A stretch of DNA of 32,000 nt from Acaryochloris marina MBIC11017 (GCF_000018105.1 NC_009927.1:270001-302000), one strand, 5' to 3'. Shown: positions 23,866-32,000, numbered from the stretch's first letter. Program-made: numbers and translations. Notes: generated by a model not told the origin, from the letters alone.

Positions 23866-23986
23866 GAGGTTAGCATCGGTGAAGTTGGTACCAATGAGAT
23901 CAGAACCATTAAAGTTAATACCGCTAAAAATTTCTTTCAACTTCCTAAAGTGAAGATGTAGCAGGATTTGTGAATTTTTTTTTCAT
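23866..23986 (-). pseudogene. 5' fragment of a pentapeptide-repeat gene interrupted by the ISL3 element (weak call)
   Basis: The minus-strand frame reads ...LKEIFSGINFNGSDLIGTNFTDANL (four consecutive pentapeptide units) and runs straight into the IS end at 23864. The nearest ATG (23986) is out of frame by one nt across an A9 run (23975-23983). Confidence 0.35.
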
Positions 23987-24719
23987 TTGTGATGGTGGCT
24001 ACAATATTGACTATATATTTAGGAAATATGAGGATATATCTGCATCTCAATTAAGCTATTAAGCTAAATCTTAGAGGATTTTTACCAGCTTCATAAATCT
24101 CCAAGAATGCATGTTACTTAAGACTTATTTCTGTATGAGTCTGTGGCAACAAGAGATATGAAGTAAGAATAAGATAAGTCAGTGGTTAGAGTCCCTCATA
24201 ACCTCTAAGTATCTGGATCGGAACGCTTGCTGCAAAAGATATATTTCACAGTATCTCTTTTATTTTTTAGTGGCTTAAGCACTGATATGGCTTGATGAAA
24301 AGCATCTGAGTAATGTTCTACTCAGTCATTTCTTATTGGAAGTAAATAATGATGAGTAATTCGTGATACCAATTTCGTTTAGAGATGAGCTAATCGATAT
24401 GCTAAAGTGGCGTATTTACAATGCTTTAGCAGTTCAATACAGGTCATCTTTATAGGTAATTGGTATGTGTATTGGTAATTTAATATCTTCCTTTTAAGGA
24501 AAAGAAAGAATTTAGATTGCTAATCTTTCCCGTCATATTTTTTCAAAATGAGGTGCAACAAAGAAGGTTATTGATCAATACCGAATGAAAGCTAAACATT
24601 ATAAATTTATGAAGTAGTTTCTTCAAATATTTACGAATCTCTGTCTCAAATCAGCTCTTGAAAGTAATCCGTGAATAGAGCAAAAATAATTCTCACTTTA
24701 GATATTTTGGAAATGGTTT

Positions 24720-26378
24720 ATGAACATATCTGCATTATTAAAAGTCTCTAGAAATGAAAGAGATATTACTTGGCTAAGAAAAGCACTGCAAACAGCTCTA
24801 AAGCTTGAGTTTTCAACCTTACCTCCTTACCTCATTGCACTGTGGACAATAAATGATCGCAACTCGTTCGCATACCAGTCCATTCGCAATCAAATTGCAG
24901 AAGAGGAAATGCTACATATGGGACTGGTATGCAATCTAATTGTGGCAATGGGTGGGGAGCCAGATCTAACTTCTAGCGATGGTGTACCCACTTATCCAGG
25001 CCCTTTGCCAGGAATGGTGCAATCCGATTTGGAAGTATCTTTAGCACGATATTCTCCAGAAGCACTTCAAACCTTTCTGGCGATTGAATACCCCGAAAAT
25101 CCTCCTATTGAGATTGGCAATGATCCCAAGCCAGATGCCCAGGCTAATGATTGTGCATCGGATTGTGCTAAAACTATTGGCCAGTTTTATACCGAAATTC
25201 TTGAAGAATTTCAAGATTTACAGGATCGAGGCGAACTGCCAGAGTTTGATACTAACCAACAACTCAAATACTCAGTTGATTTTCAGAATGACCCTGATCG
25301 AAAAGTTTTTTTAATTGAAAGCCTTAAAGATGTCAAACGTGCGATCTCAGTTATCAAACGCCAAGGTGAAGGGACAGGCACATCCCCAGAAGATACAGGG
25401 GTAGAAGACCTCTCTCACTACTATCGATATTTAGAATTAGATCGTGAACGGCGAATTCGATTTATAAATGGTCAGTTTGTCTACGGTAACAAGCCTGCAG
25501 ACCAAATTAAAGCTCCAGCAGAAGTTTATTCGATGGCTACTATTCCTGAGAATGGCTATCAGAGAGAAAATGTTTCTAGCGATGTCTGGGAAAAAATCAC
25601 AAAATTTGATAGAACTTACTCCAAAATGCTCTTAGAAATTGAGCGAGCATGGACATACCCTGAAGAAGAAGGTGGTGGAAAACTATCTCTGGATGATGCT
25701 GTTCTAAGAACAATGTTTGAGCTGACTAATGATGCAGTCAGTATTCTACAAGAAATAATTCCTAATGCTTCTGGGGAACGTTATGGACCTTGTTTTCGCT
25801 TTGATCCAACCGTAACCCTCCCAGATGGGAATGATTCAGACAATACTGGAGGTATAAATCCCTTTCCTACTTGGGAAATTGATATCAAAAACTTTTTTAC
25901 TGCTGGTGATATTGGTTGTATGAATAATGTCGGAAATCCTCCCTTTGATTTGGCCAGCTACACAGATGTATTCCAATTTGCTGATCAGATTTTAGATCGA
26001 GTTTCTTTACCTGAAGAAGACCCCCTTCTCATGCCACAAGGGGGACCTCGTTGGCATCAAGATAAGATTGATACATTTCAAAATTGGATAACAAATGGTA
26101 AGCCAAAGGTACCCACTTGGGATGATAATATCCGAGATTTATTTGAATCTTTAGATGTTAATTGCATGAAAAATAGTGGTTCGCGATTTGATCTTAGTAA
26201 CTATGATGATGTCGTTGCGAAAGCTTCAGATATTTTGAATAGAGTTTCTAGAGCTGAGGGAGCTAGTGGAGTGATGCCTCCACAGACAGATAGACATTGG
26301 CCAGATAATTGGGTTGCGACATTTAAATATTGGTCTGAAAATGGAATGCCTAAAAGTAACGATAATCTACCAGAATAG
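24720..26378 (+). CDS. ferritin-like (four-helix-bundle) domain protein with duplicated ~82-aa C-terminal module
   Basis: 552 aa. The N-terminus ITWLRKALQTALKLEFSTLPPYLIALWTI...EEEMLHMGLVCNLIVAMGGEP matches the Ferritin-like family pattern (VioB-related). The C-terminus has two tandem homologous modules, 25863-26108 and 26109-26354. Confidence 0.7.
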   Translation: MNISALLKVSRNERDITWLRKALQTALKLEFSTLPPYLIALWTINDRNSFAYQSIRNQIAEEEMLHMGLVCNLIVAMGGEPDLTSSDGVPTYPGPLPGMVQSDLEVSLARYSPEALQTFLAIEYPENPPIEIGNDPKPDAQANDCASDCAKTIGQFYTEILEEFQDLQDRGELPEFDTNQQLKYSVDFQNDPDRKVFLIESLKDVKRAISVIKRQGEGTGTSPEDTGVEDLSHYYRYLELDRERRIRFINGQFVYGNKPADQIKAPAEVYSMATIPENGYQRENVSSDVWEKITKFDRTYSKMLLEIERAWTYPEEEGGGKLSLDDAVLRTMFELTNDAVSILQEIIPNASGERYGPCFRFDPTVTLPDGNDSDNTGGINPFPTWEIDIKNFFTAGDIGCMNNVGNPPFDLASYTDVFQFADQILDRVSLPEEDPLLMPQGGPRWHQDKIDTFQNWITNGKPKVPTWDDNIRDLFESLDVNCMKNSGSRFDLSNYDDVVAKASDILNRVSRAEGASGVMPPQTDRHWPDNWVATFKYWSENGMPKSNDNLPE

Positions 26379-26444
26379 CCTCTAAAATCTGGTGATATAG
26401 CGAATTTTGAATAATAAGTAGAAAGTCGAAAGACAGAATTCTTG

Positions 26445-26567
26445 CTTCAATCTAGTGAGGGTAGATTCCCCGCTGCTTGCAGTGAAGAAATGGGATTGTA
26501 ATCCAAATCTACGGTTTGGGAGCAAATCGTATTCCATACTCCGTCTGCTTGCAGCGGGCAGTTGATT
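26445..26567 (-). repeat. ~125-nt structured repeat, copy 2 (inverted relative to copy 1)
   Basis: Reverse complement aligns along its whole length with 21609-21733. It sits between the convergent stops at 26378 and 26583. Confidence 0.7.
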
Positions 26568-26582
26568 AGTCCGACAGAAATG

Positions 26583-27176
26583 TTACTGGTTTGGCACCTC
26601 AAGCGTCAAAGATTTGAATGTTAGTGCGAAGTCTGTTGGGAAAGCAGTTACATAATCCCAATGGATAGGAACAAAGGTAACTTGCAGTTGCTTTCTCCCG
26701 TCAAGATGAGCTGGTGTAATGATGCCCGCATGCCATAACCTAGAGAGTGTCGGCGCGATATTAAATTGTTGGGACTGTACGTCCTCAAGACCTAAAACAA
26801 AGCTGCTTATGTAATGCTGATCATCAATGGTAGTGTTAGCATCAGCATCTGGATTCTCAATAAAGATTCGAACACCCTTCAAATCCTTTGCCGCCTGCGG
26901 ATAAACGTCTCGAATAACTAAACGGGCAATCTTGAGAGAGCCACCCTCAAGATGAAGTTTAAGGGTTTGCCGAACCTCATCTCCGATTTCTAACTGAAAG
27001 GTGCTAGAAGAATTGTTGATGATGTTCATAGTCATGGGATCACTCTTACCACTGTTGCCGCTTAGATCGGCTCCTTCGGCTCGAACATCTGAGTTTGAGG
27101 CAGAGCAAGCTACTGAGATGCAACTCATCAAGGCGATGGCAATGAGTCTAAAGATCGCTCTCCTTGAGACCCTCAT
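26583..27176 (-). CDS. lipoprotein paralogous to the tyrosinase C-terminal domain (candidate caddie/shield protein)
   Basis: I trimmed the 233-aa ORF to the ATG at 27176 because the longer form overlaps the tyrosinase 3' end. The signal plus lipobox is MRVSRRAIFRLIAIALMSCISVAC. ARLVIRDVYPQAAKDLKGVRIFIENPDADANTTIDDQHYISSF aligns with tyrosinase VVRLRIEGVKTPKQQNTGVFVFLGPDITAETPISAPGYVGNF. Confidence 0.6.
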   Translation of the reverse strand: MRVSRRAIFRLIAIALMSCISVACSASNSDVRAEGADLSGNSGKSDPMTMNIINNSSSTFQLEIGDEVRQTLKLHLEGGSLKIARLVIRDVYPQAAKDLKGVRIFIENPDADANTTIDDQHYISSFVLGLEDVQSQQFNIAPTLSRLWHAGIITPAHLDGRKQLQVTFVPIHWDYVTAFPTDFALTFKSLTLEVPNQ

Positions 27177-27201
27177 AGCCACCCATGTGAAAAATCTGTC
27201 T

Positions 27202-28668
27202 TCAAGCATTGAGGTCAACCACATCAATCTGAACCATATTTGGTTGGATTTCCTCCACCGATGCGAAGGCATTCTGGTCACCAAAAAGGGAGCGAGTCAC
27301 AATCGAAACTTTCAGGCTATTGCTCTCTGACAAGCGAGTGTCTCCATAGAGTCTCTTGACAGCTTCAGTAGCATTAAGAAGTACATTCTTCTTGTGACCA
27401 TGACTCCAACGCTTTCTGTTGCCGCCACCTTGTCCCTCAAAGAAGGTGAAGTTGCCGACATATCCCGGTGCAGATATAGGAGTTTCAGCAGTAATGTCAG
27501 GCCCTAAAAATACAAAAACACCAGTATTTTGCTGCTTTGGTGTCTTGACACCTTCAATACGCAGACGTACAACATAGTTAGGTACTCCGACTGCTGCCGT
27601 ACTTATAAGACGACGAGTCCGTAGAGATAAATCCACATTAGCTTCAAATGAAAGCACATTTTCCACAAGGATAGACTTCGACTCAATTACAGATTCTACA
27701 ACCTGCTGCCTTATTATGCTTGATCGTGCTGCCAACGTCTGTGTTAGGTTAGTAATCTGATCGGTACTGTAGACATAGCCCATAACCCTTGAGTCCACAG
27801 TCTGACCACACGTGAATTCACTCCCGACCTGGTTTTTATCAACATCATAGAATTCGTTAAAGGATTGGTTCTGCCACTCATCTTCTGAAGGAGGTAAGTG
27901 GCCTGGTCTAGAAAGCCAATCAGAGTAAAGGCGGTCTATGTTGCAGTGATGCATCCAGAATATTGGATCCAGAGGAGAAAAAAACTGCACCATATTGCTA
28001 TTCTTCCCACCGACATCACCAACCCATCGATGGATGAAGTTGTGTGGGATTACCTCTAGTTCACCACTACCTCCAATACCTCCATAGGTTGCATAGTCGG
28101 GATTCTGCTGGATGCTCTCGATCCTAACGGGACCAACATACTCTTCTAATTCTTGTTGTGTAATCTCCTCTCCGTCGGGACGGCCACGACCTGCCGTTGG
28201 TGCTGAAGAACAAATAGACTGGATCGAAATATTATCGTCGAGAGGATTGGCATCGCCATAGAACGAACTCGGTACAGTATGGGTTTGTGACCAATCCCAA
28301 TATGGCAGTGCAAAGGTAGCGTTACCGCTGAAGTGTTGGATGAGTTGCTCGAAATAGTAGAGATAAGAGCGATGCCAGGGTGCAAAGTACCAATTACTAT
28401 GCTTACAATCGGTAAAATCATTACAGTTACCATGAATATAAGCTTGGAGAATCCATCCTCGTGGGTCTTCAGGATCTGTATTTATCAGCCTCTTCATCTC
28501 GCTCACTCCATCGCGCAAAGAGGCAAGATCGCCTTCTGCATCAGGGCTAGCAACATTCTTTCGCGTGCGCAGTTCCTGTGCTTGCGCTACCTTGGTGGGA
28601 AGAAAGAACAAAGCCGTAGCTGCACCAGCAGAGATCAGGAACTCACGACGTGTTTTAGAAGTAAACAT
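27202..28668 (-). CDS. Tat-exported tyrosinase / polyphenol oxidase (type-3 copper)
   Basis: 488 aa with the twin-arginine signal SKTRREFLISAGAATALF. The CuA site is HGNCN...CKHSNWYFAPWHRSYLYYFE. The CuB site is HNFIHRWVG...FFSPLDPIFWMHHCNIDRLY. A C-terminal extension domain of ~170 aa follows. Confidence 0.9.
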   Translation of the reverse strand: MFTSKTRREFLISAGAATALFFLPTKVAQAQELRTRKNVASPDAEGDLASLRDGVSEMKRLINTDPEDPRGWILQAYIHGNCNDFTDCKHSNWYFAPWHRSYLYYFEQLIQHFSGNATFALPYWDWSQTHTVPSSFYGDANPLDDNISIQSICSSAPTAGRGRPDGEEITQQELEEYVGPVRIESIQQNPDYATYGGIGGSGELEVIPHNFIHRWVGDVGGKNSNMVQFFSPLDPIFWMHHCNIDRLYSDWLSRPGHLPPSEDEWQNQSFNEFYDVDKNQVGSEFTCGQTVDSRVMGYVYSTDQITNLTQTLAARSSIIRQQVVESVIESKSILVENVLSFEANVDLSLRTRRLISTAAVGVPNYVVRLRIEGVKTPKQQNTGVFVFLGPDITAETPISAPGYVGNFTFFEGQGGGNRKRWSHGHKKNVLLNATEAVKRLYGDTRLSESNSLKVSIVTRSLFGDQNAFASVEEIQPNMVQIDVVDLNA

Positions 28669-28855
28669 TACTCATCCTCTTCAGTAGTGATTAACAGTTT
28701 TTCTATATATTTTGCAAGTGCAAATCAAAAAAACTCACTAAGGATACTAACTAAACTATAAAAAATAATATAGAATCCGTTCGCATTTATCCAGAATTAT
28801 TTGATGCTTATAATTTAGTCATCACCTCTGATTTTTTAGGTAGGCAAGAGTTAAT

Positions 28856-28905
28856 CTTTATCAAATGTTCACTACTAAAAATACAGTAGTGAACATTTGA
28901 TAAAG
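28856..28905. repeat. perfect 21-bp inverted repeat with 8-nt spacer upstream of the tyrosinase gene
   Basis: CTTTATCAAATGTTCACTACT - AAAAATAC - AGTAGTGAACATTTGATAAAG, about 190-240 nt upstream of the 28668 start. Confidence 0.8.
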
Positions 28906-29187
28906 TCAATTTTAGTTAAATACGACAAGCTGTCAAATTATAGCAGATCGGATAATAGAACAATCCAAAACATGAATTAAAGGCTAAGAATAATACTAGT
29001 TTTAATGGATTTTGGGGCTACCTGAAATCGCCTATCAACTGGTTTCAGATTTTTATACGGTTAATCTAAAATATAGGTTTTTTAGCCTAATAATGAATAG
29101 CTGAGAAAGAATTGATAGGTGATTTCACTACTTCATTCTGGAAGTTCTCTCTATAACTACGTTTTTTCAGCAGGGTAAGCTAGACCC

Positions 29188-29421
29188 ATGTACCAGGGAT
29201 CTCAGGTATTTATGGACCATCAGTTTGTTGCTATTACCTCGTTTCATGACCTGCGAAATGTAGGTTTCAGACGCACGGCTCTGACGCGGATGCACAATGC
29301 TGGAGTGCCGACAAAGCCTATTCAGCGAATTCCGGGGCATAGGACGCTGGCGGTACTGTCGGGATATCTGGAAGTGACTGATGAGCAAGTGGAGGGGGCG
29401 ATAGTGAAGTTGGTGTTTTAG
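29188..29421 (+). pseudogene. 3' fragment of a tyrosine recombinase gene
   Basis: Encodes only the C-terminal catalytic box: SFHDLRNVGFRRTALTRMHNAGVPTKPIQRIPGHRTLAVLSGYLEV. No N-terminal two-thirds lies upstream, where the DNA turns AT-rich and non-coding. Confidence 0.6.
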
Positions 29422-29780
29422 TAAGGTCAGTTTGATCAGTTCATGGAGACAAGGATTGTTGCAAAGTGATGTTTTGCAATTAATAGTGGAGATATTGTGA
29501 TTAAAAAGAATATTTTTAATGATTTTTTTACTGAGTATCTAGTGTATAGAGATGAATTAAATAGTTAATTTATTTCTATGATGGATTCGTTTTTATGAAC
29601 GGGAGAAACCATAATTATATTAAGAAATAAATCTTTAAAGTTGCATTTTAGTTTTAGTAAAAGTATCATAGACTACATTCAGGTGATAACTTTAAAGCAT
29701 TAGGTCGAGGTTCTGTTAACAAACATAAGGAAGATATAGACTTGTAAGTCTACTTTTATCTCTTGAATCTCGCTATCAAA

Positions 29781-29899
29781 AATCAACTACCCCATGCAAG
29801 TAGACAGGTATGAAAGATGTTTCCCTCCCAATCTGTAAGCTTGGATAGGAATCTTTTCTCTTCATTGTAAGAAATGGGGAGTGTACCCTGACTAAATGC
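29781..29899 (+). repeat. ~125-nt structured repeat, diverged copy 3
   Basis: Colinear with copy 1 (AATCAACT.CCC...GCAAG.AGAC.GGTATG...CTCCCAA...GGGGA...TACCCT.ACTA.AT) but much more diverged. Confidence 0.5.
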
Positions 29900-30290
29900 A
29901 AATACCAAAAATCTTAATATTTTCTTGTGCATAAATAATCTCTGTATGCTGTTTTTTTAAAGAACTAAAAGTAAAGCATATTGAATAATAATACTTGGGC
30001 AATAGTGCTGATTTTAAATATGTTTATTCGAATTATTCAATAACTATTTTATGTAGTTGTATAACTTTATTGCTGTGAGATTTTTTAGATCATTTTTCAG
30101 GATTTACCTGTTAAGAAAATATGATTTTGAGTAGCTCCTTCCTACTCTTAGGCCTGATGATTTCGACGCAACTTACCGATTTTGTAAAGCAGAAGATGAG
30201 GAGAGTACTTTTTGAAACCTCACGGTTATGAAGTCACAAAAATAGATACTACTCATTATTAAAATACAAAAGCATTTTAAGGTTAGAAGA

Positions 30291-30956
30291 ATGAACAAGA
30301 AAAATTTACTAGCATTAGCTTGTATATTACCACTATTTATTCAGGCTCCAGTCCATTCTGAATCTCAACAGCCTAGTGGTAGAAACTGCCGCCATATAAA
30401 ATCAGTATTACAATTAGCAGATGATAATAATCTTGATACTGAAATTCTTATTAAACTCCAAGAAAAATATTGCTCTACTAACCATTCGGATAAACTATTT
30501 ATTCTTCCTGAACAACAGACTGAAAAGACTTGCTCAGAGATAACAACTATAGGTAACTTCTCTTATGTTAGCAATGATCAACAATCCAGAGAACTATCAA
30601 AGCAAATAGTTAATCGTTCAAAATTTATATGTAGATTTGATGATGGTAATGGATCATTTGATTGGGGAAATGGTCAAACAGCGAAATCAATAGGTGGTAC
30701 TTGGTATTACCCAAATGGTCAAACAGCGAAATCAATAGGTGATACTTGGTATTACCCAAATGGTAACCGTGCTTCTTCTGTTTCTACCAGTTTATTGCCA
30801 TGGGCTTGCGAAAAAGTAGAACAAGAAATATGTGATCGAAGGTTATCACTAGTTTCTAAGCTACAACAATCAAATGATTCAACTAATGAAGATTATAGAG
30901 AATTTTATCTTAATCAATCTATTATTATGCTCGCTTGGCATGCACATCTTCAATAG
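30291..30956 (+). CDS. secreted Cys-containing hypothetical protein with internal tandem duplication
   Basis: 221 aa with signal peptide MNKKNLLALACILPLFIQAPVHS and a 2 x 45-nt tandem repeat at 30668-30757 (NGQTAKSIGGTWYYP x2). No family recognised. Confidence 0.6.
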   Translation: MNKKNLLALACILPLFIQAPVHSESQQPSGRNCRHIKSVLQLADDNNLDTEILIKLQEKYCSTNHSDKLFILPEQQTEKTCSEITTIGNFSYVSNDQQSRELSKQIVNRSKFICRFDDGNGSFDWGNGQTAKSIGGTWYYPNGQTAKSIGDTWYYPNGNRASSVSTSLLPWACEKVEQEICDRRLSLVSKLQQSNDSTNEDYREFYLNQSIIMLAWHAHLQ

Positions 30957-31138
30957 TGATTAGGAACTATGAAATTTTGCCTTTATCGCATGCATTACTT
31001 CTGAACAAAAATTATTCATAATAAATAATACAATAATTTGTTTGACAAAAGAGGGCTTCATTCGCATTAATTTCACATAATTTTTAGTGAATTGAGTTGC
31101 TTCAGCACCCATAGTTTCAAGCATAATTAAATAATACA

Positions 31139-31265
31139 TAACGCTGGTGTGCCGACGAAACATATCTAGCGAATATCGGGACACAGGACGCTGGCCGCAT
31201 TGTCGGGGTATCTTGAGGTCACCGCTGAGCAGGTGGAGGGGGCGATTGCGAAGTTGATGTTTTAG
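31139..31265 (+). pseudogene. second, more decayed copy of the tyrosine recombinase 3' fragment
   Basis: NAGVPTKHI*RISGHRTLAALSGYLEVTAEQVEGAIAKLMF* is about 80% identical at nucleotide level (by eye) to 29295-29421. It carries an in-frame TAG where copy 1 has CAG. Confidence 0.55.
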
Positions 31266-31370
31266 TTAGGGTTGGTAAGGCATTCTAAAGAAAATCCCAT
31301 AAGGATCTGGTTGATTTTGAAGTAACGCAATGTTGCAATGGTCTACCATACCAATTGAAATATTGATTCA

Positions 31371-31925
31371 ATGCAAGACTCTTTACCCGAATCACTCAGC
31401 AAACTCCTAGGTAACATTTCTACAGATCAGCAAAACTATGTTCTAGAAGCCCGAAAGCAGATCTTAGGATTTGATGATCACATCATCGAAGTGGGGCGAA
31501 CCACTTCAACAGAATATGGCCTTAGGAAAGGAGAAAAGCAGATCTATAAAACCTTGATGTGTGCTAAATTCATTCCGTTTCATAGAGGAGTGTACCGTCC
31601 AAAACTGTTGCTATTACTCCCTTATCCAAAGCGTGAATGGGCTGGGCAAGGCAGTGGAAGAACCTATAAGCGAGAGAAAGTGAAGGGTCTCACCTGGGTA
31701 GAAGCGAGTCATACTAAAGCGTGGGATCAGAACTCACAACTCAAACTGTATTTTTATACAGGGAAGTCACAAAGTCGATATAGCTCCGTGATGGACCTAA
31801 CCCCTTATGAATCAATGTGTCATCTATTATTGGGTAAGGAAGATCTGAAATTCACATCTCTGTTCGACATCATCAATCTTGCTTTGAACGAGTGGAAGCT
31901 GCAAGTTGATGAGCGGGATCAATGA
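31371..31925 (+). CDS. hypothetical protein
   Basis: 184-aa ORF with non-repetitive composition. No family recognised. Confidence 0.45.
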   Translation: MQDSLPESLSKLLGNISTDQQNYVLEARKQILGFDDHIIEVGRTTSTEYGLRKGEKQIYKTLMCAKFIPFHRGVYRPKLLLLLPYPKREWAGQGSGRTYKREKVKGLTWVEASHTKAWDQNSQLKLYFYTGKSQSRYSSVMDLTPYESMCHLLLGKEDLKFTSLFDIINLALNEWKLQVDERDQ

Positions 31926-32000
31926 TTACTCCAATCTGTGCTTGCCACCAGTGAGATCGCTTCAGTGGATACCTCACTGAAGGCTTCCTCGTCTGTGCCA

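Noticed and set aside
22060-23961. ORFs 22060-22245(+), 22854-23042(+) and 23734-23961(+)
   Set aside because: Antisense to the ISL3 transposase or spanning its terminal repeat.
25084-25314. 76-aa out-of-frame ORF inside the ferritin-like gene
   Set aside because: Nested within a longer ORF that has family motifs.
26583-27284. 233-aa version of the lipoprotein ORF
   Set aside because: The upstream 36 codons overlap the tyrosinase 3' end. The internal ATG at 27176 gives a clean signal peptide plus lipobox.
27001-28761. ORFs 27001-27330(+), 28146-28433(-) and 28333-28761(+)
   Set aside because: Antisense to, or out of frame within, the tyrosinase/lipoprotein genes.
29167-29388. 73-aa minus-strand ORF
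   Set aside because: It lies opposite the integrase 3' fragment, whose plus-strand reading shows the HxLR...GH...Y box.
30960-31184. 74-aa minus-strand ORF
   Set aside because: AT-rich, and it overlaps the second integrase fragment on the other strand. No support.
1-32000. CRISPR arrays, tRNA/rRNA genes, retron or DGR elements
   Set aside because: I saw no regularly spaced direct repeats, tRNA T-arm/acceptor signatures or template/variable repeat pairs. The only reverse transcriptase has clear group II intron maturase and HNH domains and sits inside an intron RNA.

Overview
Mosaic accessory region, probably cyanobacterial. The taxon call rests on three exact HIP1 sites (GCGATCGC at 9432, 11057, 21217) and on gene content: NACHT, WD40, pentapeptide repeats and a group II intron.

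Positions ~0.5-17.8 kb are visibly GC-richer than the flanks and packed with mobile and conflict genes:
- A Tn3-family transposon (931-8182) with a TnpI-like tyrosine recombinase and an XRE/zinc-ribbon passenger. Its tnpA is split in-frame by a complete group II intron (4845-7298) encoding RT/maturase/HNH.
- A 200-bp miniature copy of the transposon end (8641-8840).
- A truncated tnpB.
- hicAB.
- vapBC followed by two translationally coupled unknown genes.
- A NACHT STAND NTPase.
- Divergent from the NACHT gene, a four-gene overlapping operon: PrlF-like antitoxin, YhaV-like toxin, a 552-aa tyrosine recombinase with a ~200-aa C-terminal extension, and a stand-alone WD40 protein.

Positions 17.8-32 kb are AT-rich and contain:
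- A 1022-aa inverse-autotransporter/beta-helix adhesin.
- An ISL3 element.
- A ferritin-like protein with a duplicated C-terminal module, next to a Tat-signal tyrosinase and a lipoprotein that is a paralog of the tyrosinase C-terminal domain.
- Three copies of a ~125-nt structured repeat showing compensatory substitutions.
- Two decayed integrase 3' fragments bracketing a secreted-protein cassette.

I saw no rRNA, tRNA or CRISPR array.

The best candidates for something undescribed are (a) the NACHT gene plus the TA-recombinase-WD40 operon, (b) the 125-nt structured repeat family, (c) the vapBC-plus-two operon and (d) the ferritin-like/tyrosinase/caddie-like cluster. All family assignments come from motif recognition by eye; no database search was run.
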